Shown piece by piece: positions 21,319 through 34,769 of a DNA stretch of 64,000 bases. The stretch's first letter is position 1. Every line of letters starts with the position of its first letter. A program made the translations under genes and the position numbers. Origin of the DNA: Trichosphaerium sp. ATCC 40318 (taxonomy: Eukaryota > Protista > Tubulinea); contig JALMLS010000377.1 in the NCBI GenBank assembly GCA_038496445.1, positions 1-64,000 on the forward strand, read 5' to 3'. The notes beneath the pieces were generated by a model, which did no database searches, was not told where the DNA came from, and saw nothing but the letters and a program-made list of their open reading frames with translations.

Positions 21319-22678
21319 TCACCCGTCTAAGCATGCCTCCAAGAGCGCGCACTCTCGTTCAGCTACAGCCACAATCGATTTCACTTGTTCTTGTGATATG
21401 CGAACATTGGCAGAGTTGACAACTATAGCAGGAATAGACCCTCTTAAATCTGTCAAGTTACAGTGCACAAGTCGCACTTTGCCATTGTCCAACTGCTCTA
21501 TCATTCGCAATTGAAATAAAACCGTGCAACGTATGAAGTCTTTTTGCCTTTGCATCAGGCTATCAAAAGTGTCAAAAAAAACGCAATTGAAGTTTAAAAT
21601 GACAATTAGCGTACCCGCTTTTGACTGACTTGTCAAGTATGTAGTGCTTGCCCATAGAATCTTGCCATACACGTCGCACAATGAGAAAGTCTCTATCTGA
21701 CACGGTACTTGTCTTGACAGTAAATTTCCAATGTTGCAAGGTAACATTCTCGTTTACTGTTTGTACAATTTCTCCAGATATAAAATCTGAATTCCATTCT
21801 TTTTGATTCAAAGTAAATAAAAAGCGCAACAGTACAAGTGTCCTTGGAGGTACCTTTGTGATATTCGAATAATTGAGTATGCAGTACTTGCATCAGGGAC
21901 TCGGCTGATGCTGTTGTAACAGTCTCGACTCTGATGGCACGAATTGGGATATTATTCAACGAGCACGTGCAAACTTTTACTTCGCCGTCACGTTCAAGTT
22001 CCCAAGTAGGGTTCAGAGGGTCGTTGTTTTGTACAATGTTCATTATTTTTTTGGCCCACGCATCACTTATCTAGCCGTGCGATCAACACAAAGTACCAAA
22101 ACAATTTATGTAAAAAAAAAGAGCTTTACCTCACCAAGTAATTCCTCATTGGTTGGTACTTTAGTAAACGCATAGAAAGCTGTCGAACTGTTTTCAAATG
22201 GCCCGCCCCTAGTCTTAATATTGCAAAAGAAGCCTGCCTGCATGAGCTCGGTAGCATGTTCAGTCGCATCAGATTCTGAAAGTTTGAGTATTTCTCGCAG
22301 GTGTGCTACTGCGTCACTTCCTAGAGCGCGTCAATTTTGTGACAGGATCATTTTTCAAAAAACGCGGAAAATAATTCCCTCGAGAGCTAAAAATGATTTG
22401 TTTATTGCCCCTTTTGTCCTTTTGGGGTTTTACGTACCTGTGAAACATTTGTTGTATTTTTTAAAGCGTATAGATCTATCTTTGATTTGTATTACGCCTA
22501 TGCGTTTTTTAGACCATTGAACATGCGATAGGGGCAAATAGAGGCAATGTGCAATTTCTCCGATGTGGAGAAACAATACAAAATACTGCGTACGTTTCAG
22601 CTTGCGCATAGTTGAGCGTTTTTCTTGTACTTTTGTGAGAGGTACTTCAACCCACCCGTCTGCTTCTTTGTTTTCCAT
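21319..22678 (-). CDS. DEP domain plus START lipid-binding domain protein
   Basis: IKDRSIRFKKYNKCFTGSDAV…LMQAGFF…FYAF (DEP-like); VSDRDFL, FIRC and DLRGSIPAIVVN (START). Confidence 0.75.
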
Positions 22679-22918
22679 TCTACGCCAACTTAATGAAGGT
22701 CTTTGTACGAGCATACGTTGCTACACTTATTAAAGTGGAATAATCTTCGGAAGTATGAAAAAGCTAAAGTTGACTTTTTTTTCACTGAAACACACAGTCC
22801 AAGAGAGTGACTAAAACTTGATTGACAATTGCGTTGCCACTTTTGCGCCACTACAAATAACTACACAGTGTATGAACCAAAGAGCTTTTAATTTTTTTTC
22901 TTTTTCAAGTTGCGCTTT

Positions 22919-25671
22919 TTATGCCCAAACGTCAAGCATGTAGCGATTTGCTTGTTGCCATTTTAGTAGTTGCACTCGAGCATCTTTGGTGCTTAATTTT
23001 CCTTCCTCTTCCAAACACTTTGTCATAGCGGCATAAACTCCAGGAGCCATTCCTTTAGCATCACTACAGCAGATCATTAGCTACAATAAAAACAAATTTT
23101 GCGATTTTGCTTCTTATTAGCGATGGCACATACCCACAAATATAAAAGTAAGCGCCCTTTTCCAACATTTGTTCTGTGACTAGTGCTTTGTTCTCTAAGA
23201 TCTTATCTTGAACATACACAACATCTTTTGTTTCTCTTGAATATGCAACAAAGTAGTCTGTGAGTATGCCACTCTCTTTGAAAGCTATAAAAGCGTTAAT
23301 CAAAGTGATTGTTCTTCTTGATTCTGCTCTGAGAGCGTACCTTCCATATCTTCTTTGTACAAATGGTCTGTGTCTTTATTTCGACAACCGAAAAATAACC
23401 AAGCCGGACCTATTTCTTTCTTCTCAACATCACTATACATTTCTATAAGTAAATACAGTACGAGATGATATTTAAAATACCGTAAGTGTTTTCTTTGTTG
23501 TAAAAACGCCCGAAATGGGGCTACTCCAGTTCCTGGACCAACCATAATCAGTGGTATTGTTGGATCATCTGGTAATCCGAATTTGGACATTGTTTTTCTT
23601 GGGAATATTTGAACAGTTTGTGGCGCTACAGCATCTGTACTGTCACTTGTTTCGCTTTCTTTTGTTGGTTTGTATACGTGCGTAACTTTTCCAGTCGCGA
23701 TAGCTTTGTCTCGTAGGAAGTGGGAACAGATACCTTTGAATAACTTTTTGGATGTCTTGCGCTCGAATTCTACAATTGTAAAAGCAGTCTGCATACGATT
23801 CTCGTTGGGTGGGACATTGGCATTACAAATAGAATAATACCGTGGTTTTAAACTGCTCAGCGTATCTACAAGATGGTCCAATGGAGGATTGCAAGTTTTA
23901 AATGTTTGAAGGATGTCATAAAAAGTTGGTTGTACAGCTTCGATTGCAGCTTTGTATTGTTTCCTCCCTTAATTAGATGTCAGGTCTCCAATTTCGATGC
24001 ATTTAATATGTAGTAAAGTTGCTTACCTTTGATAGATGCCAGACACTCAAGTTGCAATTTTTCTTGCTTGTCTGTTGTGTAATTGGATAATGTCATTAAA
24101 AAATTCTTTCGTGGTACAGATGTGAGGTCAACGCAATGTTTAAATATGTGTCGTATTGTGCAAGGTGATTCAATGTGTTCAGCATTTTTCCCTTCATGTT
24201 GACTCCTCAGTGAAATAGTTACCCACCTTTTAATAAGAAACAAATTCATCAGATACCAAGTATAATTACTTATAAAAAGCTCACCTGTCACCTTCCAAGT
24301 TGAGACGTTTTAGTGTATTATCAACAAGCTCATTAGTGTTTTCACAAATGACCCCTAAGGCGCTTTAGTCAAACAGCAAGCGTAGTATAAATTTAAACGA
24401 ACCAAAAGCGCCACCAGGTGTTAGTGAGATGTCTGAACCGGTTGTGTCAAGTGTCAACTCATAAACTTGCTTCACAGCATCATCTCTTGTGAGACAGCGG
24501 GCATCAAGAATAGTTGCCTCAAACGGATTATCACTAGACAATAGTTGGTATACTAAACATCATTTAAAAAAGGTAAACTTACAGTGTGTAGTCTTTACTC
24601 TCTACTGGTTTAGAAGGTTTAGCAGCAGGTTTAAATCCCTGACAATATTTGAGTTAGATTCGAAGATATTACAACGCACATACCTCTTCAAGAAACGTGA
24701 TTTTTGATACTAAGTCTGGGATTTTAGGGTAACCTTTGCGTTTAGAAAATTTCCTTCTCAGTCAGTAAGCTTTGGTACTTGGTAAGTTCTCCTATCGTAC
24801 ACTGGTTTAATAACTTCAAGCTCTTCGGTTTGACTATCCTCCTCATCTACATCTGCCACTGCCGGTGCTGCAAGTGCTGATGAAGTGGTTGAGGAGAAAA
24901 AGTGTTCAGTTTCTTTCCACAAGTTTTCTATCCACGGTTCAACAACTTCAGTGAGACTAAAAACGAGCAGTTAATAAAACTTTTGTGTTTTTAATGTGTT
25001 GTCCGTACTCAGTCGCGTCATCCGCTTCGCCAAGCGTATAATAAACATTGGCACCAAAGTACTCAAGAGCTTTATGAAGTGCACGTGGAAATCCCTAAAG
25101 GCAAAATCAATAGTTAGAGAGGTTCTTGGGTGCAGTTGTAGTGGTTTTACCTGATAAGTTGAGTAGTTTGTATCGCCTAATCCCAATATTGTGTAATTTA
25201 CATATTGTAACCATTTTCCTTTGTCCACTGGGTTTTTCTTATCTTTGAACATGCGTCGACGCATAAATCGGAAGAATCTACGAGTTGATAAGAAATATTG
25301 TTCGTCAACACACGTTTTGTACTTGTCTACACTTTGAGGAGGGTCTCCGTCGCCTGTGCTAGAAGTTACAATTATAAGTGGGTCCATTGGCCATTCGGTT
25401 GTCAAGTTTAGCTTACAATTGAGATTAGAACGCGGAAAACGCGGTTAAAGGGCGTATTATTGTCAAATTGAAGTGTTAAAACACATACCTTTTCATAATC
25501 CTTCAAGTTGTGTCTGTAGGCTACAAAACCTTTTGAACTAGCTTCCTCGTATATTCTTTTAGATATTTCTTCCGAATTACCAGTTTCCGAGCCATACAAC
25601 ACTAGTATTTTTCGCACGCGTTTCCCAACGTTTGGTATATGTGAGCATCCTCCAGAGGTGTGGTCGCACAT
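22919..25671 (-). CDS. MTRR: Methionine synthase reductase-like diflavin oxidoreductase
   Basis: Flavodoxin motifs YGSETGN, SSTGDGDPP and LGLGDTNY; DDATG-EVVEPW; PRYYSI; GPGTGVAPF; LFFGCR; terminal DVWA. Confidence 0.8.
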
Positions 25672-26141
25672 AGTACTTGATGCTGTGATGTATAAAAAGA
25701 CGTTTGGTATTTGATAAGCTAAATCCGAAAAGTGTGATAAGTGCAAAAAGTGACTTTTCAGTTTTTTTTTCTAATTCTTATGTGTTTCCACATCTTCAGC
25801 ATTGAATAACGGGAAACCTGAAAACGCTTATGTGCATTTCTTCATGTTTATCAGTTGCAACGTAATATTGTTGTTCACTAATACAATCTTGTCTTTTATT
25901 GGTTTTTTGAAGAATAACAGCACACCTGTATATTGGTATATTAATAGTTACATGTAGTTTAATCACTAAGTAAAAACAAAAAGAAACTGTAGCTGGTTTA
26001 TTGAAGTGGTGCAAACACAACGAACAAATCTATTGACTGTTAATACCAATTCACTCGAGATTTAAGTGAAATTCCACGTAAAACTAAGAATAATACAATA
26101 TTTTATACGTAACTTACCAAAAGCAATACCAATACAGTATA

Positions 26142-27101
26142 ATGAACGTTTTACAACTTATTGATGTCATCAAGTACGTTGCAGCACGTTACCTAACCTT
26201 TTACAGCGAGCTCACCATAATTTTTTACAGTCGTTCCAGCTCTGCGTTTGAGATTCTGGGCGTGCCAAGGTGGGCAAGTGAGGAAGATATAAAGAAGAGT
26301 TACCGCCGTTTGAGCTTTATGCTTCATCCAGATAAAAATCAAGCGGATCCATACGCGTCACTAAAAGAAGAAGCGTTTAAACGTGTAACGACGGCCTACG
26401 TACGTGGTAAATTAAAAAAAAAGTGCTAAATTTGTTTTAGAACCTCGTTTGTAATACAAAACGAGAAGCCCCACCCACACTGCACTCCGTAAAAAGGGTA
26501 CGAAAACTCACAGCTTGAAGTTAAAACAATGACTGGATTTTGGCAACAAAACCCGAAAAAATAGCTATTTACAACGGTAGCGCTTACGTGTATTTACTAG
26601 GTAGCTAAGCCAAATGTGTATGCGAACACTGACACTGTAGAATATAAACTATATCACCTAATGTGTAAAAATTTACTGGACAACTTTGAACGTGGTCAGC
26701 AAGGTCAGAAACGCGGACCAGCTATAATGATGAATGAACATTTACATGTTAACAAACGACCACGAACGACAATGTCAAGTACAACTATTACACAAAGTCA
26801 CAACACATATAATCATGGAGGCGCACGCGTACAGACAACGTTACAAATGACACAATCACATACAAATACACAACATGGACAAACTTTTGAACAAACTATA
26901 AGTATAGAAAGTAGACCATTTGGATCAAACCCCTCTCTTCTGGCAAGGGTTAATAGATTTTTGAACGATAAACTTGAGCAAGTTGATGGTATGATGGAAC
27001 ACAACCAAAACGATTCTAACATAGGCACACTCACAAAAAAAAGAGAAACATTTTTAAATCTACAACATAAGTTTGTGGAAAACAATAACGACTGTAAATA
27101 A
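26142..27101 (+). CDS. DnaJ-domain protein
   Basis: FEILGV…[18 protein letters not shown]…EAFKRV. Confidence 0.8.
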
Positions 27102-27241
27102 ACACCTGTACAATAGCACATCAAAAAATCAAACCAGTAATTTGACGTACTTGACTTATCGCAAACTTTTGCGGCTTGTAAGTAATTTAACACGCATAAA
27201 CTACATATACTCGTAGACCATAATACAAAGAAAGCGCACAC

Positions 27242-30200
27242 ATGCGCCGAGGGTTGAATTTAACAATTGTACTGTTTACTTTAATCACGTGTACAATCAG
27301 CCGTCTTATATACGTTTCAACGCAAGGTATTAGTTTTTCCTTGCGTCCAGAGCCGTATGCAGTTCCTTTATTCCACTATAGGTTCCCATGATCCGAATTG
27401 CGGCACTATAGAAAACACGTGCGCTAAAATATCTGTGGCTGTCACTGTGTCGAATACTGGTTCGTACACGAGTTCGTCAACTTATATACAGTGACGTTTC
27501 TTTAGGTGACGAAATCGTTGTATACCCTGGCCTATACGACGATCACACTGTATTTTATCACAGTGTGACAATAAGGTCGCTCTCCACAACCGCCCCCGCA
27601 GTGATACAAGGAGAAGTAGAGGCAGTAAGTTTGAAAACAAATGTTACATTTTCTAACTTTGCAACCAGGACTTTATACTTCATGCTGTATTTCCACATAA
27701 CGGAACAGGTTTGATGAATTTTCGCACCTACTTTCATAGTACCAACGAAAGCTCATAGGAACCTTAAATATTTCAGATATGATATTCAGAGGCTCTGGCT
27801 CGATGACGAGATTAATGACTGGTTTGAAGGTCGACTTGGGAAACCAAGTCAACCTTTCAAATGTCACATTCTCAGATTTTTACTACACAGGGGTATTTAC
27901 AAACACGATGTTCCAAATACTAATCTTAAGATGAGATGGGCGCAGCGGCAAGTTTTTATAATACACGAACAATAGAAGTGTCAGGATGTCACTTTGAAAA
28001 CAATACAGCACAAAATTATGTAAGGCTTCAAAAGTTTGTTATACAGCGTGAGTAAACATGTTTTAGGGTGGAGGTATTTCTGTTGTTTCGACTGGATTGG
28101 CGCTAGATGGTCTACAATACTTGAAGGTAATCAATAGTAGTTTTGTTGACAACGACGCATTTTACGGGGGAGGCTTATCTGTACACTACGAGAACAATCA
28201 CAATGGTACCCCTTTGAGCACCAATTTTTGTAACCTATTGTAGGAATTTGCAGCCAATGCGGCATCCATGTGATAGACAACAGATTTGAAAACAATCATG
28301 CAATGTATGTACTTAGTTTCGTACTATACAAGCTTAATAGCACAGGTTCACAGGAGGAGGATTGGACATCTTTTCAGATAGGGACATACCAATACAGAGT
28401 ACTTAGCTCATTTCAGCTACAAAATACTTACCTGTCAGAGCTCAATATTGAGGGTAATCTGTTTCTCTCCAATAATGCTTCGGAAAATGGTGGCGGTGTC
28501 AGGATACTACATGCGGAAGGAGATGGATTAGAGTTACGGTTTTATTCTTATAATTTGTTATTGATTGCCTGTTTTAGAGTGTATATTAAAAATTGTAATT
28601 TTACATTGAATACTGCAGGGATAGACGGTACAGTTCGCATACATATGTATTTGTGCTCATGAGTATTTAGGTGGTGGATTGTATTATCCGGGTATAAACA
28701 CTATTGATAAGGAAACTAATTCCTTTGTAGGTAGGAACTACGACACACTAATGGTGTCCTCATCTACGTTTTTACAGAATAGGTACAGTAAACGAAATGT
28801 TGTACCTCACAAAATCTAGCTGCTCGAAGACTGGCGGTGCCATCAGCGCAAGAATTAGCGAGCCAGGTAGAGTTGGAATAGACAATGTCACGATGGTACG
28901 TTTTCTTTTTCTTCAGGCGCTCACACTACCAAGGCACAAAACACAGCCGGTTATTTTGGAGGAGGTTTGTACCTAGAAGGCAGCTTAAACTTTACAATGA
29001 CCTCTTGCACATTAATTGAAAATGACGCTGTTCGAGGTGGTACAGTACGTTGTATGTTGAACTTCTTGACATGATTTTTGTATGATAGCTCTACTCAGAG
29101 GCATTTGGCGCTCTCATTATAAGCGATGACTCCATCTTACTGTTTCCAAATTCTTCCTCAGAAGCGTTAACAAACGGATTCGAATCCTTCAGAGCATCAG
29201 TTGAAATAGGTGCTAAGATAATGTGTCCTAAAGGTGCAAAAATGATACGTCTTACATATGAGACCAATATAAGGTACACTATCACGTGGTATAAATTTGA
29301 CATAATCTAATATTTCATGTAGAACATACACCTCATATTCTTGCGAAGCATGTCCTCATGGTAGGAACGCCAAGCACGTGGCAAGCACTAAATATTTGTA
29401 GGAACATATAGTCTGTCTACTGGTGAACAAAATGGTGACATCCAATGCTTGGAGTGCCCCCATGGAGCAACTTGCTCTGGGGCAGCCAACGTTACAGCAC
29501 TTGCTCATTATTGGGGTATAGTGGGTACCGATGACACACTTAAATTCTACTCTTGTCCAAACGGGTTCGATACTCTTACATTAATTTGTCTGAAAGCTAA
29601 TCATCGTCACTTACAAAAGCACAGGTATTGTTGTAGTAACATAGAGCACCGTTGCAAATATAACTATTGTGCTTCACGAAGAACAGGCATACTTTGTGGA
29701 ACATGTGAAGGTGCGCAAATACTTATCTCGTTCACATGTCAATTTAAATTAAGATGGAACATCCGCCGGTTTTGGCGCTCATGGTTGTGTATCAAACGAA
29801 AATTGCAATTCTCATCTAGTTTTGGGGCTAGTCATAGCGTTTGCTCTTCTATACGCACTACTACTACTAGTAGTTCCTCATGGGAAATCAGGTATGTAGC
29901 CTTGGTCTCTTCACATACGGAACTATCTAATGTGGTCTAGGCGACTTCAAAGTACTGCTATATTTTTACCAAGTTGTAAGCGATATCCAATATTGTTACT
30001 TGTGATTAATCTTGTACAAGGTATTTGCTGTTACGCCCAAATTGCGAGACGTGTGGCAGGATTATCTTATACTTATTACAACATCTGCTTCTGATGTGGC
30101 AAATCTCACAATTCCGGGTTTTTTCAGCGGTATTTGCCTTTTTCCGGACCTAAAGACCTTTCATCAAATGTTACTACATTACTTATTTCCAATCATACTT

Positions 30201-31589
30201 ATAACGGCCCTATTGTACTATTTTCTTGCCGTGAAAGTAGCATTCAGAATAAAGCGTTGGTGGAACCTGAAAAAGAAAGAAAAAGAGGAAACAACTGAGA
30301 AAACAAGACTTACACAGACTGTAAATGATACCAATAGTGTACGCGACTGGACTGAGATGGTAAGAGCCTTATTTGTTTGCTTACTAGTTTACGAAGCTGC
30401 AGGTCTCAACTGCTGATACAGAACCAGAACACGAAGCCACCCCGTTGATTGTACCTGAGACCAAGGACATACATGGAGTGATGGTAAACGATCGATTCGC
30501 GTCAGCAGGAATTACCATGGTAATACTGTCGTACTCAGGATTTACATACACATCCCTAAAAATGCTGCACTGCGTTGACATACAAGCAAGTTACAATAAG
30601 GTAGCAAACAATCTAAAAAGTAATTAGGGTCAAGCTAGGTTATTCGCAGCAGCAGATGAAGTAAAATGTTATCAAGTACGCATATTACGGAGGGTTTTTT
30701 CTAACCTTATTTTAGTGGTGGCAGGCACGTGATTAATTTATCTCGAAAATTTCTTACTCGAATGTCAAAAGGGTTTCATAATCGCTTTTGTGTGTTTAGT
30801 TCTAGCACCTCTACCAATTTTATTGCTCTTCTTTCGCAGGTAGTAACATTGCCCAAATAAATGGCTCACTTCTTTAGGTTTGGACGAAAATATAAATTAT
30901 TTAGAAGTGCACTTGCTGTAATTGAAGTACATTGTGTTTAACGGTTCTTCATGAGCGCTTATCTCTACTAGGACCCATACAAACAAGGAACTAAATGGTG
31001 CATCTACAGGGTTGATGAAGTGATCTAAGAAATTTGTAGGTGGGAGACAGTCAGACTATTCAGACGCTTTGTAATCATCTTGTTCTTTGCATTTATAATA
31101 GACCCTTACCTACGTACAACCATCGACTACATTGCACCAACCATTTACTTTCTTTAAAGGTACAATGTGCATAGCGCTATCTTGCTTTATAATCCTCATG
31201 TCTCACATATACTTTGAACCTTTCGTGTCAAAATTTACCCAATGGTACGTCTTTCGTTAGAACGCTAAAAAAATCCACTCTGAACAATCTGTTATCAGGT
31301 CTGAAACAGGCTCACTCGTCATTTTGTTCCTACTATCAATGCTCAACGTAAGGGATGGAGTACTTCAGACAGCAGGTGCCATATTAATCCCCTGTTCTGT
31401 ATTGCTGTTAATCTCCCCAAAGGTGCTAACGGTATCTCCGGTAAAATGCAAGAAGCAACCACAACTGGCATTGACATCCTGGTAATAGCGTGCACTATTA
31501 TGCCTCTAATATGGGCGCTAGCAGCGCTCATTCGGGGTTTTAGATCTTGTATAAATGGGTGCGGCGGCATAGCATTGTGTGCGTTGTAA
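27242..31589 (+). CDS. Large signal-peptide membrane protein: beta-helix (FxxN/GG) repeats, Cys-rich region, multi-TM C-terminus
   Basis: Signal-like MRRGLNLTIVLFTL; repeated FxxNxAxxGGG; CPHGATC, YCCS and RTGILCGTC; hydrophobic C-terminal exons. Confidence 0.7.
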
Positions 31590-31652
31590 TATTGGCAAAC
31601 GTGCCAAGGAATGAAACAAAGAACAGTACAAAAAAAATGACGTTTTAATTAT

Positions 31653-32290
31653 CTAGAAATGTCTAAGTACTTTGCTGTAATTTGGGTTCCTTATAGGTTT
31701 GTGTGGGTCATAGCCCAATTGTTTCCTAAACGCCAGCTTAGCCTATCGACTAGCAAGAAAGTAAAAATGGTCTAGTACCTAGTTAAGTGCATGTGTCTTG
31801 CATAATCATCTGGGTCAAGCCTGTTGCAATTTGGTTATCCTAAAGTGTCAAAAAATACCCCCTTACTGTGTTGGATCTTTGTATGCTCTGTTTTCTTCAA
31901 CTACTTCATGGGACTCACGCAAAGAACCGTCCTTGATCTACAGACATGACATTTAGGAAACTTGTAAAGTGAATTTAACGCTAAATGGCTCATTACCCTA
32001 TAGCGACCGCCTTGTATGCGTGTGGCGTTTGGTGTGATCATTTTAAGAAAGTCAAGGCGTGATTGCGTCTGTCAAGGCAGTAAACTCAAGAGTAACACCG
32101 AAATACACTTGCTGAAGCAAATACGTACCTTTGCAGCAAATTTTTCAATTGCTTCTTCATCTACAACGCCTCTCATGGCTTCAAAATGCTTTCTTGTTTC
32201 AACAAGCATCTTTCTGCCTCTATCAGCGTCAGCTTCTTGTAGCGCCTTCACTGCGCGTAAATTTGTACGGTACAGAGATAATACGCGCAT
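31653..32290 (-). CDS. LYR-motif (Complex1_LYR-like) mitochondrial protein
   Basis: VLSLYRTNLR…ETRKHF; spliced C-terminus. Confidence 0.65.
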
Positions 32291-32374
32291 TGCGTGTCAC
32301 TTCTGTTGGAATAGTAGCGAATTTCACATTAGACCAATTAAGTTACAGTTTTGTTAAAGCATGAGCGTACATAC

Positions 32375-34571
32375 ATGAGTAAGGACAGAGAGCAGGAATC
32401 TTTATTGGGTCAAAGGTACCCGTTAACACTTGGTGTTAAATTAGCCTATGGCGTCGGAGAAGCAGGTGTTTTGTGCGTATTTCCATCGTTTTTGAGTACG
32501 CTAAAGCTTGTAGTATCCAAGGCGCATTAGTAGGTTTTTTCTTACAAGCGTTTCTACTCGAGGTACAGTTGAGCTCCATCGCCCGCACCATTGCGTGTAA
32601 AGCTCGTTCACGTCATTTGTACAGGAAAATTCGACTGACATACGCTTAGGTTGCAAAAATCCCTCCGTTCCTTGTACGTCCTCTATCCTGTCTTTCCCGA
32701 AGTCCATTATGACATTTCTAAAAAGGCAGGAAATGTCCTTCTGTTCTCTAATTTGTGGGATGGCTTGACGGCTCCAATTATAGGCCGACTTACGGATGCT
32801 ACTAAAACTAGATGGGGCCGACGGCGTGTACGCTTTCTAAATTACTCCAAATAGTACAATTAACATCACGTGATAACAGCCTTGGCTTTTTCTTAATGCA
32901 CTACCGTTTGCCCTTAGCTATTATGCACTATGGATAACACTCAGCGAGGACAGTGTATCTGTAGGCGGTCGATTCGTATGTGTTCATGATACATTCTTTG
33001 AGCTAGCTTGGGCACAGCTAACTGGGCTAGGCTTACTACATGTTCATTGCCTCTGCTCTTTCACTCTTTGGAAATTGTATCGCAGTACCATACACGGCTC
33101 TCACCGCTGATCTTGCTAACGATTATGATGAAGCTACGTCACTCACTATGTATCGGTATACATATACACGTTAAATAGTAAATCATTTTATTGACCCATC
33201 CACAGCATGTTGTCAAATATTTTGGGTGGCGTAATAATGACATTTGTTCAATCCACTATCATTGAGGTTAAATCCACTCGTCACCCTTTCTCACAACTAC
33301 TAAGCAATGCTAGATGTTTCACACCAGTGATGGCGAGGTAGACTATGAAAAAGGATATCACATTGCTGGCATTCTATTTGCTGTTATATCTATAATTTTC
33401 CCTCTAACAACAGTTTTTGTTATCAAAGGTATGTTATTTTTTAACCCGGCAAGTATCTGATACGTTTGTTAGAACCTAAGCTATACAAGAACAAGAAGGA
33501 GAAGCTAAGCATTTGGCAGGTGTTCAAGGACATCTTCAAAGGTGTTATATACGCAGCAAAATTCACTCCTTTCTGTATTCTACTCATTATTTACCTCATT
33601 GGGTACTCTATCAATTACGGCCACGTTTGACATTACTAGGTGGATGTGCGTAAACTTTGTTCAAAACAACCTGTACTTGTTTGTCAAATATACACATGAC
33701 AAAGAGGAACAGTTCCAATGGGTTATTCTGGCAATACAGCTAGCAATTAGTGCCGGTATCTTGGCAAGCATCCACTTTTTATCTTAATCTGATAGTTCCC
33801 ACTAGCTGTGGCAAAGAGTCAGTGTTTTAATTGGTAAGAAAAAAGCATACTACATTGGCACTGGACTGATGGTACCATATTACACTCTGATTTCGTTAAA
33901 CTGTTTAGGTTGTTGTGGAATTTGTAATATTCTTTCTACCAAAGAACACTCCCTTGTGGGGTATTCTATTGATCGGTATATGGGCCGGATTTGGTGTAGC
34001 TCCAAGTACTCATACATTGCACCTTAAACATAATAATAACAAATAAGGTATGCTTATCCCTTGGGCAATGGTACCCGATTGCATAGAACTTGACGAACTC
34101 CTCACTGGACAACGACGCGAGGGTTTATTCTATTCGCTATTTCAACTGTTTCAGAAAATTGCCTTGGCATTTGTACGCAATGACAGTTGATAAAAAAGCA
34201 ACTAACATGTCCTTACAGGCACTGGCTATTTCTTCGTATGTGTTGGGATTCGCTGGATATGATGGAGACAATGAAGTTCAACCCGAAAGTGTATCCAAAG
34301 TATTAGCACTAATGGTAGGACCAGTCCCAGGTACTAACATGTTTAGCTTCTCTTGTTTGTTTTACGAAAGTAATTAGGATTATTCTTTTTTATTGCAATG
34401 ATTTTAATGGTCTTCTATCCTATTACAAAGGAGCGAGCGTTTGAAATCCGCGAGCAACTAGCCCAAAAAAGGTTGGATCGAGCTGACGAAGAGATTGAAT
34501 CAACTCTACAATCAGTCGATGGTGCTATGATAGAAACAAGTGACTCAAAACACGTGTCACTCGCCAAGTGA
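32375..34571 (+). CDS. MFS GPH-family transporter (MFSD2/MelB-like)
   Basis: KLAYGVGE, WDGLTAPIIGRLTD-TKTRWGRRRPW and PWAMVPDCIE…RREGLFYS. Confidence 0.88.
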
Positions 34572-34769
34572 ACTGATGATAAATACTGTAATTGTACAAC
34601 TACTTTTCATAAAATACTTAAAGTGAAATCTATCCAACAGACGCTAAACAATGAAAAAACTAACACCGAACAAAACAACAAAAAAAGTTTAAGTCAGATC
34701 ACGTGGTTTAGCGTACTAAAGTGTTAAAATTATGACAGAAGCACACGTAACCCCATTAGAACAAGAATA

